Positions 19,455 through 29,006 are shown, counted from the first letter of the stretch. The stretch: DNA of 58,559 nucleotides from a virus (IMGVR_UViG_3300030095_002502:1-58559), one strand, 5' to 3'. Notes: generated by a model from the letters alone, not told the origin. Translations and numbers: made by a program.

Positions 19455-20938
19455 TCTTTCTCCCAACGTGCTGAAAGTTTCAGCCATCTTTCCTGTACTA
19501 CACTCCAATCATATTCCTTCTGAGCTTTCTTCCTAGCTGCTTGTGAAGTTTCTAGTTTTTTATCAGGGTTATGATAGTAATAGTCACACGCATCAGCTAT
19601 AGCATTTGCAGAACATATTGCCCTATGAGGGGCTGCACGAGCTGGTGTATCCCACCACATATCTTTATATGGTAACAATATACCAGCCTCACATATGTCT
19701 TCAGGTAATAACTTATCTCTACCATTAGTAGCTTCACTACCCAAAACATCTCCACCACATGGGTAGAGAGGTATATCCGCGGTCTCTGGGTTATCTTCTT
19801 TGATTATCTCCCATGCAGTTGTGTAATTAGTTACTGCAACAGGAGTACCACAAGCCATCGCTTCTATTGTTGGTATTCCAAATCCTTCACCAGCAGTAGG
19901 TAATACAAATACATCTAAACAGTTGTACAAGTCTACCATACCATCTTCTGATAAAGCCTGACCGTCATCTAAACGACCCATCAAAGGGGGCATTAAGAAA
20001 TCCTTTACACCATACTGTTCAGCGAAATCAGGGAATCTCCATCCCATTGAATCTAACCAATCCATATGTAATACTAATCTAGTATCCTTTGGTGTTAAAT
20101 CATTACGGTCTACAAACTCTTTAAATCCTTTAATTAATTGTGGTATGTTTTTACGGTGTTGATTACGTGCTACACACCCTACGATAAATGCATCTCCTGC
20201 TATATCCTTAAGTGGTTTATCACCATACTTAGGGTTCAGTTTAGGTTTGAAATAGCTACAGTCAACTCCATGTGGCATATAAATACTATCTTCACATCCT
20301 TCAAAGTATTCATTCATTACTACTTGACCATATCGAGACATACAAAGTTTATAATCCATTCTATCTATTGCTCTTTGCCATGTAGCTATAGGAGGTGTAC
20401 CATCTATAGGTATAACAGCCGCCCATTTCCACGGTGGTCCTTGACTAACCTTCTTAAACATTTGATTAAGCATATCACCTCTATCTTTACGAGACAATAA
20501 TAAATCATCATCACCATATAAAGGTATAGTGGCTTCCGTAGGTTTTTTATGTTCAGCTACATGTTGAAACATTTGGAAATCCAAATGAGTTAATACTACA
20601 TCTGGTCTAAAATTTTTAAGCCATGAAGGAAATGATTTTTCTCCATATCTTTCTTGACCTCCATATTGTATAGGTAAATTTTCTACTGTCTGTACTTTCT
20701 CTGTTTGATTAAGAGGCCACGGTATATCATAAGGTCTATGGGATTGATTTTGACATCCTCCATATCCTATATGATGTCCATCTTCAGATAGTAAAGCAGC
20801 TACGTTTTTAGTATTAGTACCAAAACCAGTAGGAGCCCATGCACTATCTGATATAGGCATTATCTTTAACTTACCTTTCTTTAGTGTTTTCCATTTATAA
20901 TTCTGGGCCGGTTGGCTAACGTCTGGGTTTTGTAACAT
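19445..20938 (-). CDS. glycosyltransferase, GT4 family
   Basis: PTGFG, YMPHGVD, VARNQHRKN, EGFGIPTIEAMACGTPV. Confidence 0.92.
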   Translation of the reverse strand: MLQNPDVSQPAQNYKWKTLKKGKLKIMPISDSAWAPTGFGTNTKNVAALLSEDGHHIGYGGCQNQSHRPYDIPWPLNQTEKVQTVENLPIQYGGQERYGEKSFPSWLKNFRPDVVLTHLDFQMFQHVAEHKKPTEATIPLYGDDDLLLSRKDRGDMLNQMFKKVSQGPPWKWAAVIPIDGTPPIATWQRAIDRMDYKLCMSRYGQVVMNEYFEGCEDSIYMPHGVDCSYFKPKLNPKYGDKPLKDIAGDAFIVGCVARNQHRKNIPQLIKGFKEFVDRNDLTPKDTRLVLHMDWLDSMGWRFPDFAEQYGVKDFLMPPLMGRLDDGQALSEDGMVDLYNCLDVFVLPTAGEGFGIPTIEAMACGTPVAVTNYTTAWEIIKEDNPETADIPLYPCGGDVLGSEATNGRDKLLPEDICEAGILLPYKDMWWDTPARAAPHRAICSANAIADACDYYYHNPDKKLETSQAARKKAQKEYDWSVVQERWLKLSARWEKECA

Positions 20939-20940
20939 AG

Positions 20941-21135
20941 TTATTGTTTAATAGCTATGATATCCCTTTTGTTAACTATAACGGTTCCCTTCTCACCACT
21001 AAGGTATACAAAATTTAAATCATCATTAATAATTTTTCCTCTTCCGACTTTCGTCTTATCCTCTTCTCGCCAAACCACTTTGACTTCTGCTTCTTTTAAA
21101 AAGGAAGCAACACTTCTATTATCATTTTCATCCAT
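20941..21135 (-). CDS. Sm/LSm-like (Hfq-fold) small protein
   Basis: 64 aa; short helix then VKVVW...RGKIINDDLNFVYL...TVIVNKRDIIAI resembling Sm1/Sm2 strands. Confidence 0.55.
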   Translation of the reverse strand: MDENDNRSVASFLKEAEVKVVWREEDKTKVGRGKIINDDLNFVYLSGEKGTVIVNKRDIIAIKQ

Positions 21136-21204
21136 TTTATCACACTTCTCAATGTAGTAGGAGTGACAGCTCGTGTCATCCTATTACTAGTTATGAGGAA
21201 TTAG

Positions 21205-21216
21205 TATATAAAGCTT
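21205..21216 (-). promoter_or_regulatory. archaeal BRE-TATA promoter (representative copy)
   Basis: AAGCTTTATATA on -; similar motifs upstream of operons at about 29517(-), 31447(-), 32878(-), 37053(-), 39544(-), 42401(+), 47453(+), 50384(+), 52914(+). Confidence 0.75.
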
Positions 21217-21219
21217 GCC

Positions 21220-23439
21220 CTATATCCAAGACATCAAACTCTGTTGTTTTTTATCCAATAAAGTGATAGGGGGTTTTTTCTTTACCCAATCAGCTAATTG
21301 AAACTTTTGTAGTAAGGTACTTATAGTATCCCAATAGTATCTTATATCTACTTCATCTATATCCTTCACAGTGGACTCTAACTTATAACCATCTTTACAC
21401 TTGATATAATAATATGTAGTGCCTTCAGATGGAATAATACCAATCTCTTTACCTTGGTCCATCAAAGTTAAAATCAAATCTGTTTCGGATTTATAGTCTT
21501 CTCTCTTACGACCCTGACTCTTACGCATAACAAAATCAGATAGCTCATACTCCTGTAAATCATATAGTTTATCTATAAAGGTAGGAGTTATAGTGTTGTT
21601 AATTCTATTATTTATAACCTTTTCTAAGACTTTAAGATAGAACTTAGACCTACTTGTAGCTTTGAATGTACTACCATGTTTAGTTAAAGAACCATCTTCA
21701 TTACGTAATACATAGTTACCTACTTGTAACCATACACCTTCCTTAAAGTAGTCCTTATCCATCGCAATATGTTCAGACTCAGCATTAGGAACAACATGTT
21801 TAAATAACATCCTTAATCGTTTGGTTAACCATTGTTCATCCACATCCACATTAGTATTAATCCCATCTGTATGTACATATACCACAGCATCTTCTCCATA
21901 TCGGCTACGGATAATATCCACGGCCGAGAGAAGTAACCAACGTGCCGTTGCCGTGATAGTAAGACCAACACCCATGTCACCATAAGAGATATAAGGATTA
22001 GCGTTTGCACCATAGAAAGTATTCACCATTATTTTAAGAGCATCGGATTTGCTCTTATCTTCTTTCGTTGAGCCAAGTTTATAAGGCTTTCGCATTTCTT
22101 TGAACTCCTTACACATGTTATATAGACAACTCTTCCTAGAGGTATCTATTTTAATCTTTAGTCTTTTACCTACTCGGTTATCAGGGATATAAAGAATGTT
22201 ATCTTTAAATTCTAAATCCTCAGTATAGTCTTCATATCCTACGATTTGTGTAGTATCTGGACCTAAATTAAGTGCCATCGCTATGGAAGGGTAGAAAGAA
22301 CTAAAATCTACCTTCACATTCCTAGCATGAAATCCGGGGCGATAAAGCTCTATGTGGGCAGCTTGATAGTTACCCCTGTCTGCTTTATATATCTCCGGAT
22401 GTCTTTCTCTATTCTTATCAAGCGTTACTATGCCTTGCTCGAATAAGCTCCTTCCTTGTAATATTTTAGTTATATAACTAGATGGAGCATTGACATATGT
22501 TGCCAGTGGAACGCATAAAGTTTCTGCGATATACTGAATCTGAGGGAAGTAGTGATTAAACAGATACATAGTTGCGTCTACATCACTAAGGACGTAGTCG
22601 TGTATCTCTTCAATCGGGTAGTCCAGTAAGTCATTGTTAGCAAAGTCGAGCTCGATAGGTTCGAGACCGAAGTTTCTAGCAACACTCTTCAGACCGCGTG
22701 GTATGCCTGATAGGGAGTAATCTAGGCGTGTCCATCTCAGTAAATCGAGAACTATGCGTCCTCCAGCTTGCATCTTAAGTTCTTTTTGATTCTCGGGGGT
22801 CTCCCAACCCCACTCTGTGTTATCTCTGTTAAGTATCTTTTTGTACCCTTTTAAGCCATGATAGTTAGCTCTATGTAATATCTGAGGTATATCATACCCC
22901 ACAAGGTTATAACCACACATAATGTCTGGGTCATAATCATTGACATAAGCAGCAAACTTCAGTAAAACATCTCTGTCATCTTCACCATCCCATAGAAATA
23001 CCTCACGCTCTCCAGAAGACGTGACTATACCTATAGCAACAACTGGGTAATCTTCACCAAAGGGAAAACTACCATCAGGAGAGTGAGTTTCTATATCAAA
23101 GACTAATGTCTTTACATCATCAGTATTAGGAAACTGACCAAAGAACTCAGGGTGTTCTATACACAACCTCTCCATCAAGGCTTCACGTCCACCATCATAA
23201 AGCGCATGAGGCGGCACGGCATCTCTCTTAGGAACATATTCATGTTTTGAGAGCTTAACGTTCTTATCACTAGCAACTAATCTATACTCCTTACCCTTAT
23301 CATCTTCGGTGAAGTAATAAGGAACATAAGGACTGGTAGCTGCTTCGGTAGAACTATTACGATATATCTTTACTTTTAAAGAACCATCTCTTAAGTCTAT
23401 GGTTCTATGGTTTACTGTGGCTATAAGGGGTACTTTCAT
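21220..23439 (-). CDS. polB: family B DNA polymerase
   Basis: Exo motifs FDIET, GYNLVGYD, YVLSDV; Pol motifs DFSSFYPSI, KIMVNTFYG, YVHTDG. Confidence 0.95.
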   Translation of the reverse strand: MKVPLIATVNHRTIDLRDGSLKVKIYRNSSTEAATSPYVPYYFTEDDKGKEYRLVASDKNVKLSKHEYVPKRDAVPPHALYDGGREALMERLCIEHPEFFGQFPNTDDVKTLVFDIETHSPDGSFPFGEDYPVVAIGIVTSSGEREVFLWDGEDDRDVLLKFAAYVNDYDPDIMCGYNLVGYDIPQILHRANYHGLKGYKKILNRDNTEWGWETPENQKELKMQAGGRIVLDLLRWTRLDYSLSGIPRGLKSVARNFGLEPIELDFANNDLLDYPIEEIHDYVLSDVDATMYLFNHYFPQIQYIAETLCVPLATYVNAPSSYITKILQGRSLFEQGIVTLDKNRERHPEIYKADRGNYQAAHIELYRPGFHARNVKVDFSSFYPSIAMALNLGPDTTQIVGYEDYTEDLEFKDNILYIPDNRVGKRLKIKIDTSRKSCLYNMCKEFKEMRKPYKLGSTKEDKSKSDALKIMVNTFYGANANPYISYGDMGVGLTITATARWLLLSAVDIIRSRYGEDAVVYVHTDGINTNVDVDEQWLTKRLRMLFKHVVPNAESEHIAMDKDYFKEGVWLQVGNYVLRNEDGSLTKHGSTFKATSRSKFYLKVLEKVINNRINNTITPTFIDKLYDLQEYELSDFVMRKSQGRKREDYKSETDLILTLMDQGKEIGIIPSEGTTYYYIKCKDGYKLESTVKDIDEVDIRYYWDTISTLLQKFQLADWVKKKPPITLLDKKQQSLMSWI

Positions 23440-23558
23440 AGTTTCTTATATTCTCTTAACAATAAGACATCTAGTATCTTATCTAACACTTCTCTTATCT
23501 TCTTGAGTTCCGTTATAGTTCCCGGAAACCCACGAGTGGTAAAGTCTTTATCACTCAT
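23436..23558 (-). CDS. hypothetical protein (40 aa, not in ORF track)
   Basis: MSDKDFTTRGFPGTITELKKIREVLDKILDVLLREYKKL*; overlaps both neighbours' start/stop. Confidence 0.55.
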   Translation of the reverse strand: MSDKDFTTRGFPGTITELKKIREVLDKILDVLLLREYKKL

Positions 23559-23904
23559 CTTCTTTTTCTTCAGGTGTACTCCACCCAGCCTCTTCTCTAT
23601 ATGCAGCCGCTTGTTCAGGTGTCATTCTTTGAAAGAGTTTATCAATATTATTTGTCATTAACTCAGACACTTTGATACCATAGACATCACATAGTCTGGT
23701 GAGATACCATAGTACATCACCCATTTCATCTATGATTAAGTCTGTGTTATCTACGTGGTCTCTTATCTCTTTCTTAAATGCTCCACCAACTTCACCGGCT
23801 TCGTTCATTAAACCTATCATTAGGTATTCTTTTTCTCTACGCTTAGGATACTTCGCAGTTCTGCGAGTGAAATCCATATACGTAGCTTCTACTCCTGTTA
23901 CCAT
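23551..23904 (-). CDS. MazG-like NTP pyrophosphohydrolase
   Basis: GLMNEAGEV...KKEIRD...DEMGDVLWYL...NIDKLFQR. Confidence 0.88.
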   Translation of the reverse strand: MVTGVEATYMDFTRRTAKYPKRREKEYLMIGLMNEAGEVGGAFKKEIRDHVDNTDLIIDEMGDVLWYLTRLCDVYGIKVSELMTNNIDKLFQRMTPEQAAAYREEAGWSTPEEKEDE

Positions 23905-24227
23905 ATATTTAATTCCTCTGGTATTATTTTCTTTCTTATTATCCAATTCCTTTCCGCAGGTAAGTATCTATATACTAAATCTGCTTTTTCATTTTCTTGA
24001 ATAGTCCAAGGTTTAATAAGTATCAGGTCATTAACTCTGACCCACATACGTCTTTTAAACTTTCCTCCTATCCTTATCATACGTGTATGACCATCTGCAC
24101 ACATCGCTGTCATTCTTGACCCCCCTTGCATCTCCATTACAACTGCAAAAAGTTCACCTCGTTTAGGTAGTCTAGCTCTTTTTACTTGACCATCTTCTAA
24201 CAATTTCTTTGATTTCTTTTGAGTCAT
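23898..24227 (-). CDS. eif1a: archaeal translation initiation factor aIF-1A
   Basis: RLPKRGELFAVV...GG...CADGHTRMIRIGGKFKRRMWVRVNDLILIKPW...KADLVYRY. Confidence 0.92.
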   Translation of the reverse strand: MTQKKSKKLLEDGQVKRARLPKRGELFAVVMEMQGGSRMTAMCADGHTRMIRIGGKFKRRMWVRVNDLILIKPWTIQENEKADLVYRYLPAERNWIIRKKIIPEELNIW

Positions 24228-25665
24228 AGTCTCCTTCTGCTTTTCTTAGGAAGTCTCCTTCTATATCTTTGCCCTCATACGTTTCAACAAATAAATAATC
24301 TTTATGTGTCTTGAAAGGTTTAGGTGCACTTTCTTCTACTTCTTTTGCGCTCTTTGCTCTCTCACCCAATTCAATGTTGTCCCCGCTAAACGGGTCAACA
24401 AGCTGGATACAGCCACAACTGCGCCCAATGTACTCACTAGCCACTTCAGGCCAGTTAGTTCGTACAAACTTTTTTGTTTCTTCAATTAGCTCACTCCAAT
24501 TTATTTTTGCTACGGGTTCATCTATCAATGGACTCTTGTAATACATACGCTTACCTTTGTCATCATCCATCTCTAGGAAACCTGTCATCACCAACCCCAT
24601 TAGTATAGGGTCTAGCTTAGTGAATGGTAAACCAACAGCCTTAGCTGCTTTCTTAATTTCATTAGTAGACATTCTTATGGTGTCTCCATCTGCAAAACCA
24701 AATCTATCTAGTCTAGTGTCTGGAAACAGTTTAAGTATATCAGTTCCATGACTTGGCATATGCAAACACTCCTCTACGAATGAGTTAAGATATATACGTA
24801 ACCCTAACCAATTATGTTTAGGAGTTACTAAGCCATACCTTACACCATCCTTACTTACCTTAAGTATTTCATCTGGATAAAATCTAGCAACAGCATTGAT
24901 TAATCTCAGAAGGTATTGAACCTTAGACCTAGAAACTGGGAAAGCACTAGGTATAGCTTCGAATAAGAAGGGAGCACATGGATTCTTTAGAATCATAGCT
25001 TCTTCACTATCTCTTCTAACAACGGCATCTAATATATGTTTTTGTAAACCGCTTATCTCTGAGTCAGTCATAGTAGTGATAGTAGACTTAGGAACAGCAG
25101 CATCAAGTAGCTTATGTTTTACTACTCTTTCAGTCTGCGCTACCGTAGGATTAGTATGCATAATCATACACCTCCTTTCTAACTCAGCATCAAAATAAGA
25201 ACTACCCTTATCATTTTCTACTGCTACACACATAAAAACATATTTAGGATTTAATGTTTGTGTAATAGTTTCTTTGATAGTTATATCAGTTCTCTTACGT
25301 TGTGCAGCTCTACCATCTCCCCACGTCTTTATTACTTCCATTACTGGTTCAGGTAACTTCTGAGCTTCAGGTATAGCTACAAATCTAGAACGATTTATCT
25401 TATCCATCTCATACCATACAGCTGTCTCAGATAGATGTTCCATCGTATGATAGAACTCTTCTGGTAAAAGACCAAAGATAGCCTCCATGATAACAGTTTT
25501 ACCTGTACCACTGTATGCTTTGATTACAAAGTTAGTGTCTTCTAGTAAGTAAGATAGACACGCTGTAAGTGCGGTAGCATCTTCACCAAGTATAGGATTT
25601 AGAGTGCCGTCTTTCTTTCTTACATTATGAAAGTATCTCGTTAGGTCATGTATTTCGTATTTCAT
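24172..25665 (-). CDS. AAA+ ATPase, probable replicative (MCM-like) helicase
   Basis: Walker A AYSGTGKT, Arg finger ELERR, C-terminal winged-helix-like segment; in the replication module. Confidence 0.6.
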   Translation of the reverse strand: MKYEIHDLTRYFHNVRKKDGTLNPILGEDATALTACLSYLLEDTNFVIKAYSGTGKTVIMEAIFGLLPEEFYHTMEHLSETAVWYEMDKINRSRFVAIPEAQKLPEPVMEVIKTWGDGRAAQRKRTDITIKETITQTLNPKYVFMCVAVENDKGSSYFDAELERRCMIMHTNPTVAQTERVVKHKLLDAAVPKSTITTMTDSEISGLQKHILDAVVRRDSEEAMILKNPCAPFLFEAIPSAFPVSRSKVQYLLRLINAVARFYPDEILKVSKDGVRYGLVTPKHNWLGLRIYLNSFVEECLHMPSHGTDILKLFPDTRLDRFGFADGDTIRMSTNEIKKAAKAVGLPFTKLDPILMGLVMTGFLEMDDDKGKRMYYKSPLIDEPVAKINWSELIEETKKFVRTNWPEVASEYIGRSCGCIQLVDPFSGDNIELGERAKSAKEVEESAPKPFKTHKDYLFVETYEGKDIEGDFLRKAEGDYDSKEIKEIVRRWSSKKS

Positions 25666-25746
25666 TATTAGTTATTTTCCTGTATAGTAAGTAAAACAAA
25701 CCAAAGATAGGACCATCTAGTATAGCTATCACTGTGATATATTCTA

Positions 25747-26436
25747 TTAAATCCATTTCTTTCTCGCTTTCCTTAGGTTTAAGACATTGTTTTCACAGAG
25801 TCTTACTGCATACATCTTTAAATCTTTCTCTGGCATACCCCCAAAGTTATCCTTCAATAGTAAGAATAAATCTATCAGAGACATGGGGTCTCCATCTTTA
25901 TCACTTAAGAAGGTTACAATCTCTTCGGGGACTACCCAAGTATACTCTTGTTCGTCTGAGTTAAATAAGGAGGGCCGGAACTTCTCTGCTATAAATGCGT
26001 CGTTATCAGTTCTTTCTAACATATAACCATTTACAGTTCTACCTGATGATGTTTTGATTTTTGTTCGCTTCATTTCAAATACTACGTCTGTAGGGTTTAC
26101 ATTTTCATCTATCAGTTCAGAGAATACTTTTTGAAAGTGTGTATGTGTAGCTAATGTAGCGGTGAGGTATGAGACTTCTGTCTTACCTCCTCCACTATAC
26201 TGTGACCCATCATGGTATATTCCATAAGTAAATTCATTTATCTTAGGTATATTTTGGTCACAGAATACACAATCACCTTCTCCAGCCCAACACTTGACTC
26301 TACGTCTGGAAGATTGGTTCCAATGTTTTATTCTATGGATTGGGGATATAAAGGCAAATTGCCCTAAAGCTGACATGGATTCTTCTAACCATACTCTTTG
26401 ACTTTTAGGGGATTGAATCCAATCGCTATATCTCAT
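25747..26436 (-). CDS. putative Zn-binding single-stranded DNA-binding protein
   Basis: H...KCWAGEGDCVFC pattern reminiscent of gp32-type SSBs; next to the helicase. Confidence 0.45.
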   Translation of the reverse strand: MRYSDWIQSPKSQRVWLEESMSALGQFAFISPIHRIKHWNQSSRRRVKCWAGEGDCVFCDQNIPKINEFTYGIYHDGSQYSGGGKTEVSYLTATLATHTHFQKVFSELIDENVNPTDVVFEMKRTKIKTSSGRTVNGYMLERTDNDAFIAEKFRPSLFNSDEQEYTWVVPEEIVTFLSDKDGDPMSLIDLFLLLKDNFGGMPEKDLKMYAVRLCENNVLNLRKARKKWI

Positions 26437-26819
26437 TTGATTTTTATATCTTTACCTTTATGTTCCTCAGCCTTCTGGATTTTTATATCTAGAACACCAT
26501 TGTTGAATTTCGCAGTCACTTTTTCTGGATTTAATTCAACCTTAAACTCTTCAGTAAAGCCATAGTCTCTACCACCATCTTCATTAGTGGCAGATACTAC
26601 AACCTTATGAGTGTCTACTGTTAGTTTAATATCTTTCTTATCTATACCGGGCATGTCAACAGTGATAGATATATCACCGTTTCTATCCTCCCAATCACCA
26701 ATACTCTTAGGTTTCTTTACGCTAGTCATTGGTCGATTAGATACAGACATTAAGTCCATCCATGCATCCATTAGTTCTGTCAATGCATCATCCATTGGAT
26801 TACGCTTGACCATGTTCAA
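26433..26819 (-). CDS. small heat shock protein (Hsp20)
   Basis: VDMPGIDKKDIKL...AKFNNGVLDIKI alpha-crystallin signature. Confidence 0.92.
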   Translation of the reverse strand: MNMVKRNPMDDALTELMDAWMDLMSVSNRPMTSVKKPKSIGDWEDRNGDISITVDMPGIDKKDIKLTVDTHKVVVSATNEDGGRDYGFTEEFKVELNPEKVTAKFNNGVLDIKIQKAEEHKGKDIKIK

Positions 26820-27028
26820 TCCTCTATGGCTGCTGGTGCTTTGGCACCTGCTCTTTTCATTATACGGAAGTATGGTTTACTTGCCCCTTCCTTCCAGTAT
26901 GTATTTCTAAACATAACATATTCGTCTCCACCTTCACTCTTTCCAGTGTAGTATATGTTTCCGTTCTTATCTGTGTTCCGGAACAATCCGGCTACCAATT
27001 CCAATTCTGTTTTCTTTTGTTCTGGCAT
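26816..27028 (-). CDS. hypothetical phage protein
   Basis: 70 aa, GLFRNTDKNGNIYYTG...KPYFRI. Confidence 0.7.
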   Translation of the reverse strand: MPEQKKTELELVAGLFRNTDKNGNIYYTGKSEGGDEYVMFRNTYWKEGASKPYFRIMKRAGAKAPAAIED

Positions 27029-27032
27029 TATA

Positions 27033-27275
27033 TCACTCCTTACCCAGTGTTACTGGGCTATTTAAGCTTTTGCTTTTCTTTAGGCGTATAACTTTGACAA
27101 GCCTACGCCTCGGGGCTTGACTACTTATCAGCTTACCTGTCTTCGGATTGACATGGTAGCCGTAGGTTTCTTGAGAATTTATATGTATCTTTTCCTCTTT
27201 CTCTTCTTCTATCTGTCTTCTTAGTTCTTTCAATTCTCTATTCATAAATGGTTCTTTAACCATACATCTTTCCAC
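27033..27275 (-). CDS. hypothetical protein
   Basis: ORF track, tightly packed operon; start uncertain. Confidence 0.55.
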   Translation of the reverse strand: MERCMVKEPFMNRELKELRRQIEEEKEEKIHINSQETYGYHVNPKTGKLISSQAPRRRLVKVIRLKKSKSLNSPVTLGKE

Positions 27276-27525
27276 TTTGACTAATTAATCCTTCTCCGGA
27301 TTCTATAAGTTTTTCATCATATCTTTCCATTAAAGACTTCAATGTCTTTTCAAACATCTTCTCTACGTCTATTGATTGGTCAGGAACTATCTCCATGTGG
27401 AAACTTCCTATACGTAAGACGTGAGTCATCTGTCCTTCTTTCTTTGCGGCATCCATCTTGACACTCATAAGTTCAGAGGCCATGTCTACCATATCCTTTT
27501 TCATTTCAGAAGATGAATCTGTCAT
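27256..27525 (-). CDS. hypothetical protein
   Basis: ORF track; GGAGGT Shine-Dalgarno upstream. Confidence 0.7.
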   Translation of the reverse strand: MTDSSSEMKKDMVDMASELMSVKMDAAKKEGQMTHVLRIGSFHMEIVPDQSIDVEKMFEKTLKSLMERYDEKLIESGEGLISQSGKMYG

Positions 27526-27772
27526 CTATAACCTCCAACTTAATTAATATCTTTCTTAGATTTTTAATCTTGCCATCTACTTCTCCTATACGATTCTCTA
27601 TATCATCAAACCGTTGAGTCATATGCTCTATACGAGATAGTATATCTTCTACGTTTTGAACGAAGGGCCACCAGTCACCTAGTTCTTCATACTGCTTATG
27701 TCTAGCACGTACGGTTTCTGCCCATCTAACGTGATGATTTTCTTCTGCTCTTTTTTCTTCTTTTATTGTCAT
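27506..27772 (-). CDS. hypothetical coiled-coil protein
   Basis: ORF track, overlapping neighbours. Confidence 0.65.
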   Translation of the reverse strand: MTIKEEKRAEENHHVRWAETVRARHKQYEELGDWWPFVQNVEDILSRIEHMTQRFDDIENRIGEVDGKIKNLRKILIKLEVIDDRFIF

Positions 27773-28007
27773 ATCTATTTCTCTTTAATGCTTTCATTAA
27801 TATTTTATTCTTTCTAGGATTAACGTGGTAATCTATACCACTATGTGCATCTTTGTAGTATCTCACATAACCCATCCAATAATCTCTACAGTTCTCTTCA
27901 GTAGGTTCTAAACCTCTTATCTTACACTTTTCCATTAGTCTTTGAACCATCTTGTTAGTCTTACCTTTAGCCCATATACGGTCAAAGGTGTCCCATCTAC
28001 TACTCAT
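27726..28007 (-). CDS. hypothetical basic protein
   Basis: Likely start MSSRW at 28007 overlapping the upstream stop. Confidence 0.6.
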   Translation of the reverse strand: MSSRWDTFDRIWAKGKTNKMVQRLMEKCKIRGLEPTEENCRDYWMGYVRYYKDAHSGIDYHVNPRKNKILMKALKRNRYDNKRRKKSRRKSSR

Positions 28008-28489
28008 AACTCTTCCTCCCATCTTGTTCCTGTTCTGTCTGGTGTAGACACTTTCCATCTATTGCCTACAGGCCAGTAGTAGGGATATTCTTCTATCTCG
28101 TTTACGTGTTGCATAGCTTCTTCAGGCCAGTGTTTGGCATAGTATACAAAATCTTTACGCATTAGATTGAGTCGGTGTGACTTGTGTATGCGTTCATTAC
28201 CTAACCAGTCAGGATAAGATACCCAACCTTCTATATCATAATGTTTCATTGTATTGTTATACCCTCGTGATACCCATTCGTCTATCATTACGTTAACATA
28301 TAACTTGAGTGCGTTTTGGTATCCGGTCCACATAACAGTGGCGGGGTGGTTGAGCCAACCTTTCTTATCATAGTCAGGTTGCATAGCGTTGAGTAGTTGC
28401 ATACCTTCTACTCTTTGCTTACCAAGACGTTTGTAGTCTAAATATTTAGCAGACTCTTTAAAGTCAGCTACAGGTAGAAACGTTTGCAT
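28004..28489 (-). CDS. pyrimidine dimer DNA glycosylase / endonuclease V-like protein
   Basis: MQTFLP...LDYKRLGKQRVE...GWLNHPATVMW...HKSHRLNLMRKD (MSMEG_6728-type). Confidence 0.85.
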   Translation of the reverse strand: MQTFLPVADFKESAKYLDYKRLGKQRVEGMQLLNAMQPDYDKKGWLNHPATVMWTGYQNALKLYVNVMIDEWVSRGYNNTMKHYDIEGWVSYPDWLGNERIHKSHRLNLMRKDFVYYAKHWPEEAMQHVNEIEEYPYYWPVGNRWKVSTPDRTGTRWEEEL

Positions 28490-28584
28490 TATAACCAGTA
28501 TACTCCTATTACCATACCTACACCTATTCCTACTAACATACCTGCTATGGTATCCATAACTCTGTTAAAAGTTTCATCATCCAT
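28489..28584 (-). CDS. 31 aa single-pass membrane peptide
   Basis: MDDETFNRVMDTIAGMLVGIGVGMVIGVYWL*; TAATG-coupled to the downstream gene. Confidence 0.5.
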   Translation of the reverse strand: MDDETFNRVMDTIAGMLVGIGVGMVIGVYWL

Positions 28585-28699
28585 TTAATAACCTCGTATA
28601 ACATATATGACAGTAAGGGTTGCCTGCTGTATCTCTAAATCTAACATACTCAAGGGCTAACCTACACTTACACGTGTTACAAGCGGTATAGTTGTTCAC
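28577..28699 (-). CDS. Zn-finger micro-protein (GTG start)
   Basis: CNTC...CHIC, 40 aa; GTGA overlap with the upstream stop. Confidence 0.5.
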   Translation of the reverse strand: MNNYTACNTCKCRLALEYVRFRDTAGNPYCHICYTRLLNG

Positions 28700-29004
28700 C
28701 CGAACATACTCCCGTCATATTCAGTTTGTAGTTGTGGGTCCAAACCTTTGTTCTCTGCTTCTTTTACCATAAGCTCCATCATTTTAATCAAAGCAAGGAT
28801 AGATATCTCTTGCCATCTTTCTAAATTATAAAACTTAGATATACGTGTTAAGTCAGTTGCTATCGATGTAACATTCATTTCACCATAACACTTAACTAAC
28901 AGTTCCCACTCGTCTATCTCTTTATCATTCATCAGTTCAGCTATGGAGAGTTTATCTTCATCACCCTCCATTAAGGATACAAATCCATCTAGTAGTTCTC
29001 CCAT
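28696..29004 (-). CDS. hypothetical acidic protein
   Basis: ORF track. Confidence 0.65.
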   Translation of the reverse strand: MGELLDGFVSLMEGDEDKLSIAELMNDKEIDEWELLVKCYGEMNVTSIATDLTRISKFYNLERWQEISILALIKMMELMVKEAENKGLDPQLQTEYDGSMFG

Positions 29005-29006
29005 GT

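Noticed and set aside
26433-26819. Hsp20 as a novelty
   Set aside because: Small heat shock proteins are common in marine tailed viruses
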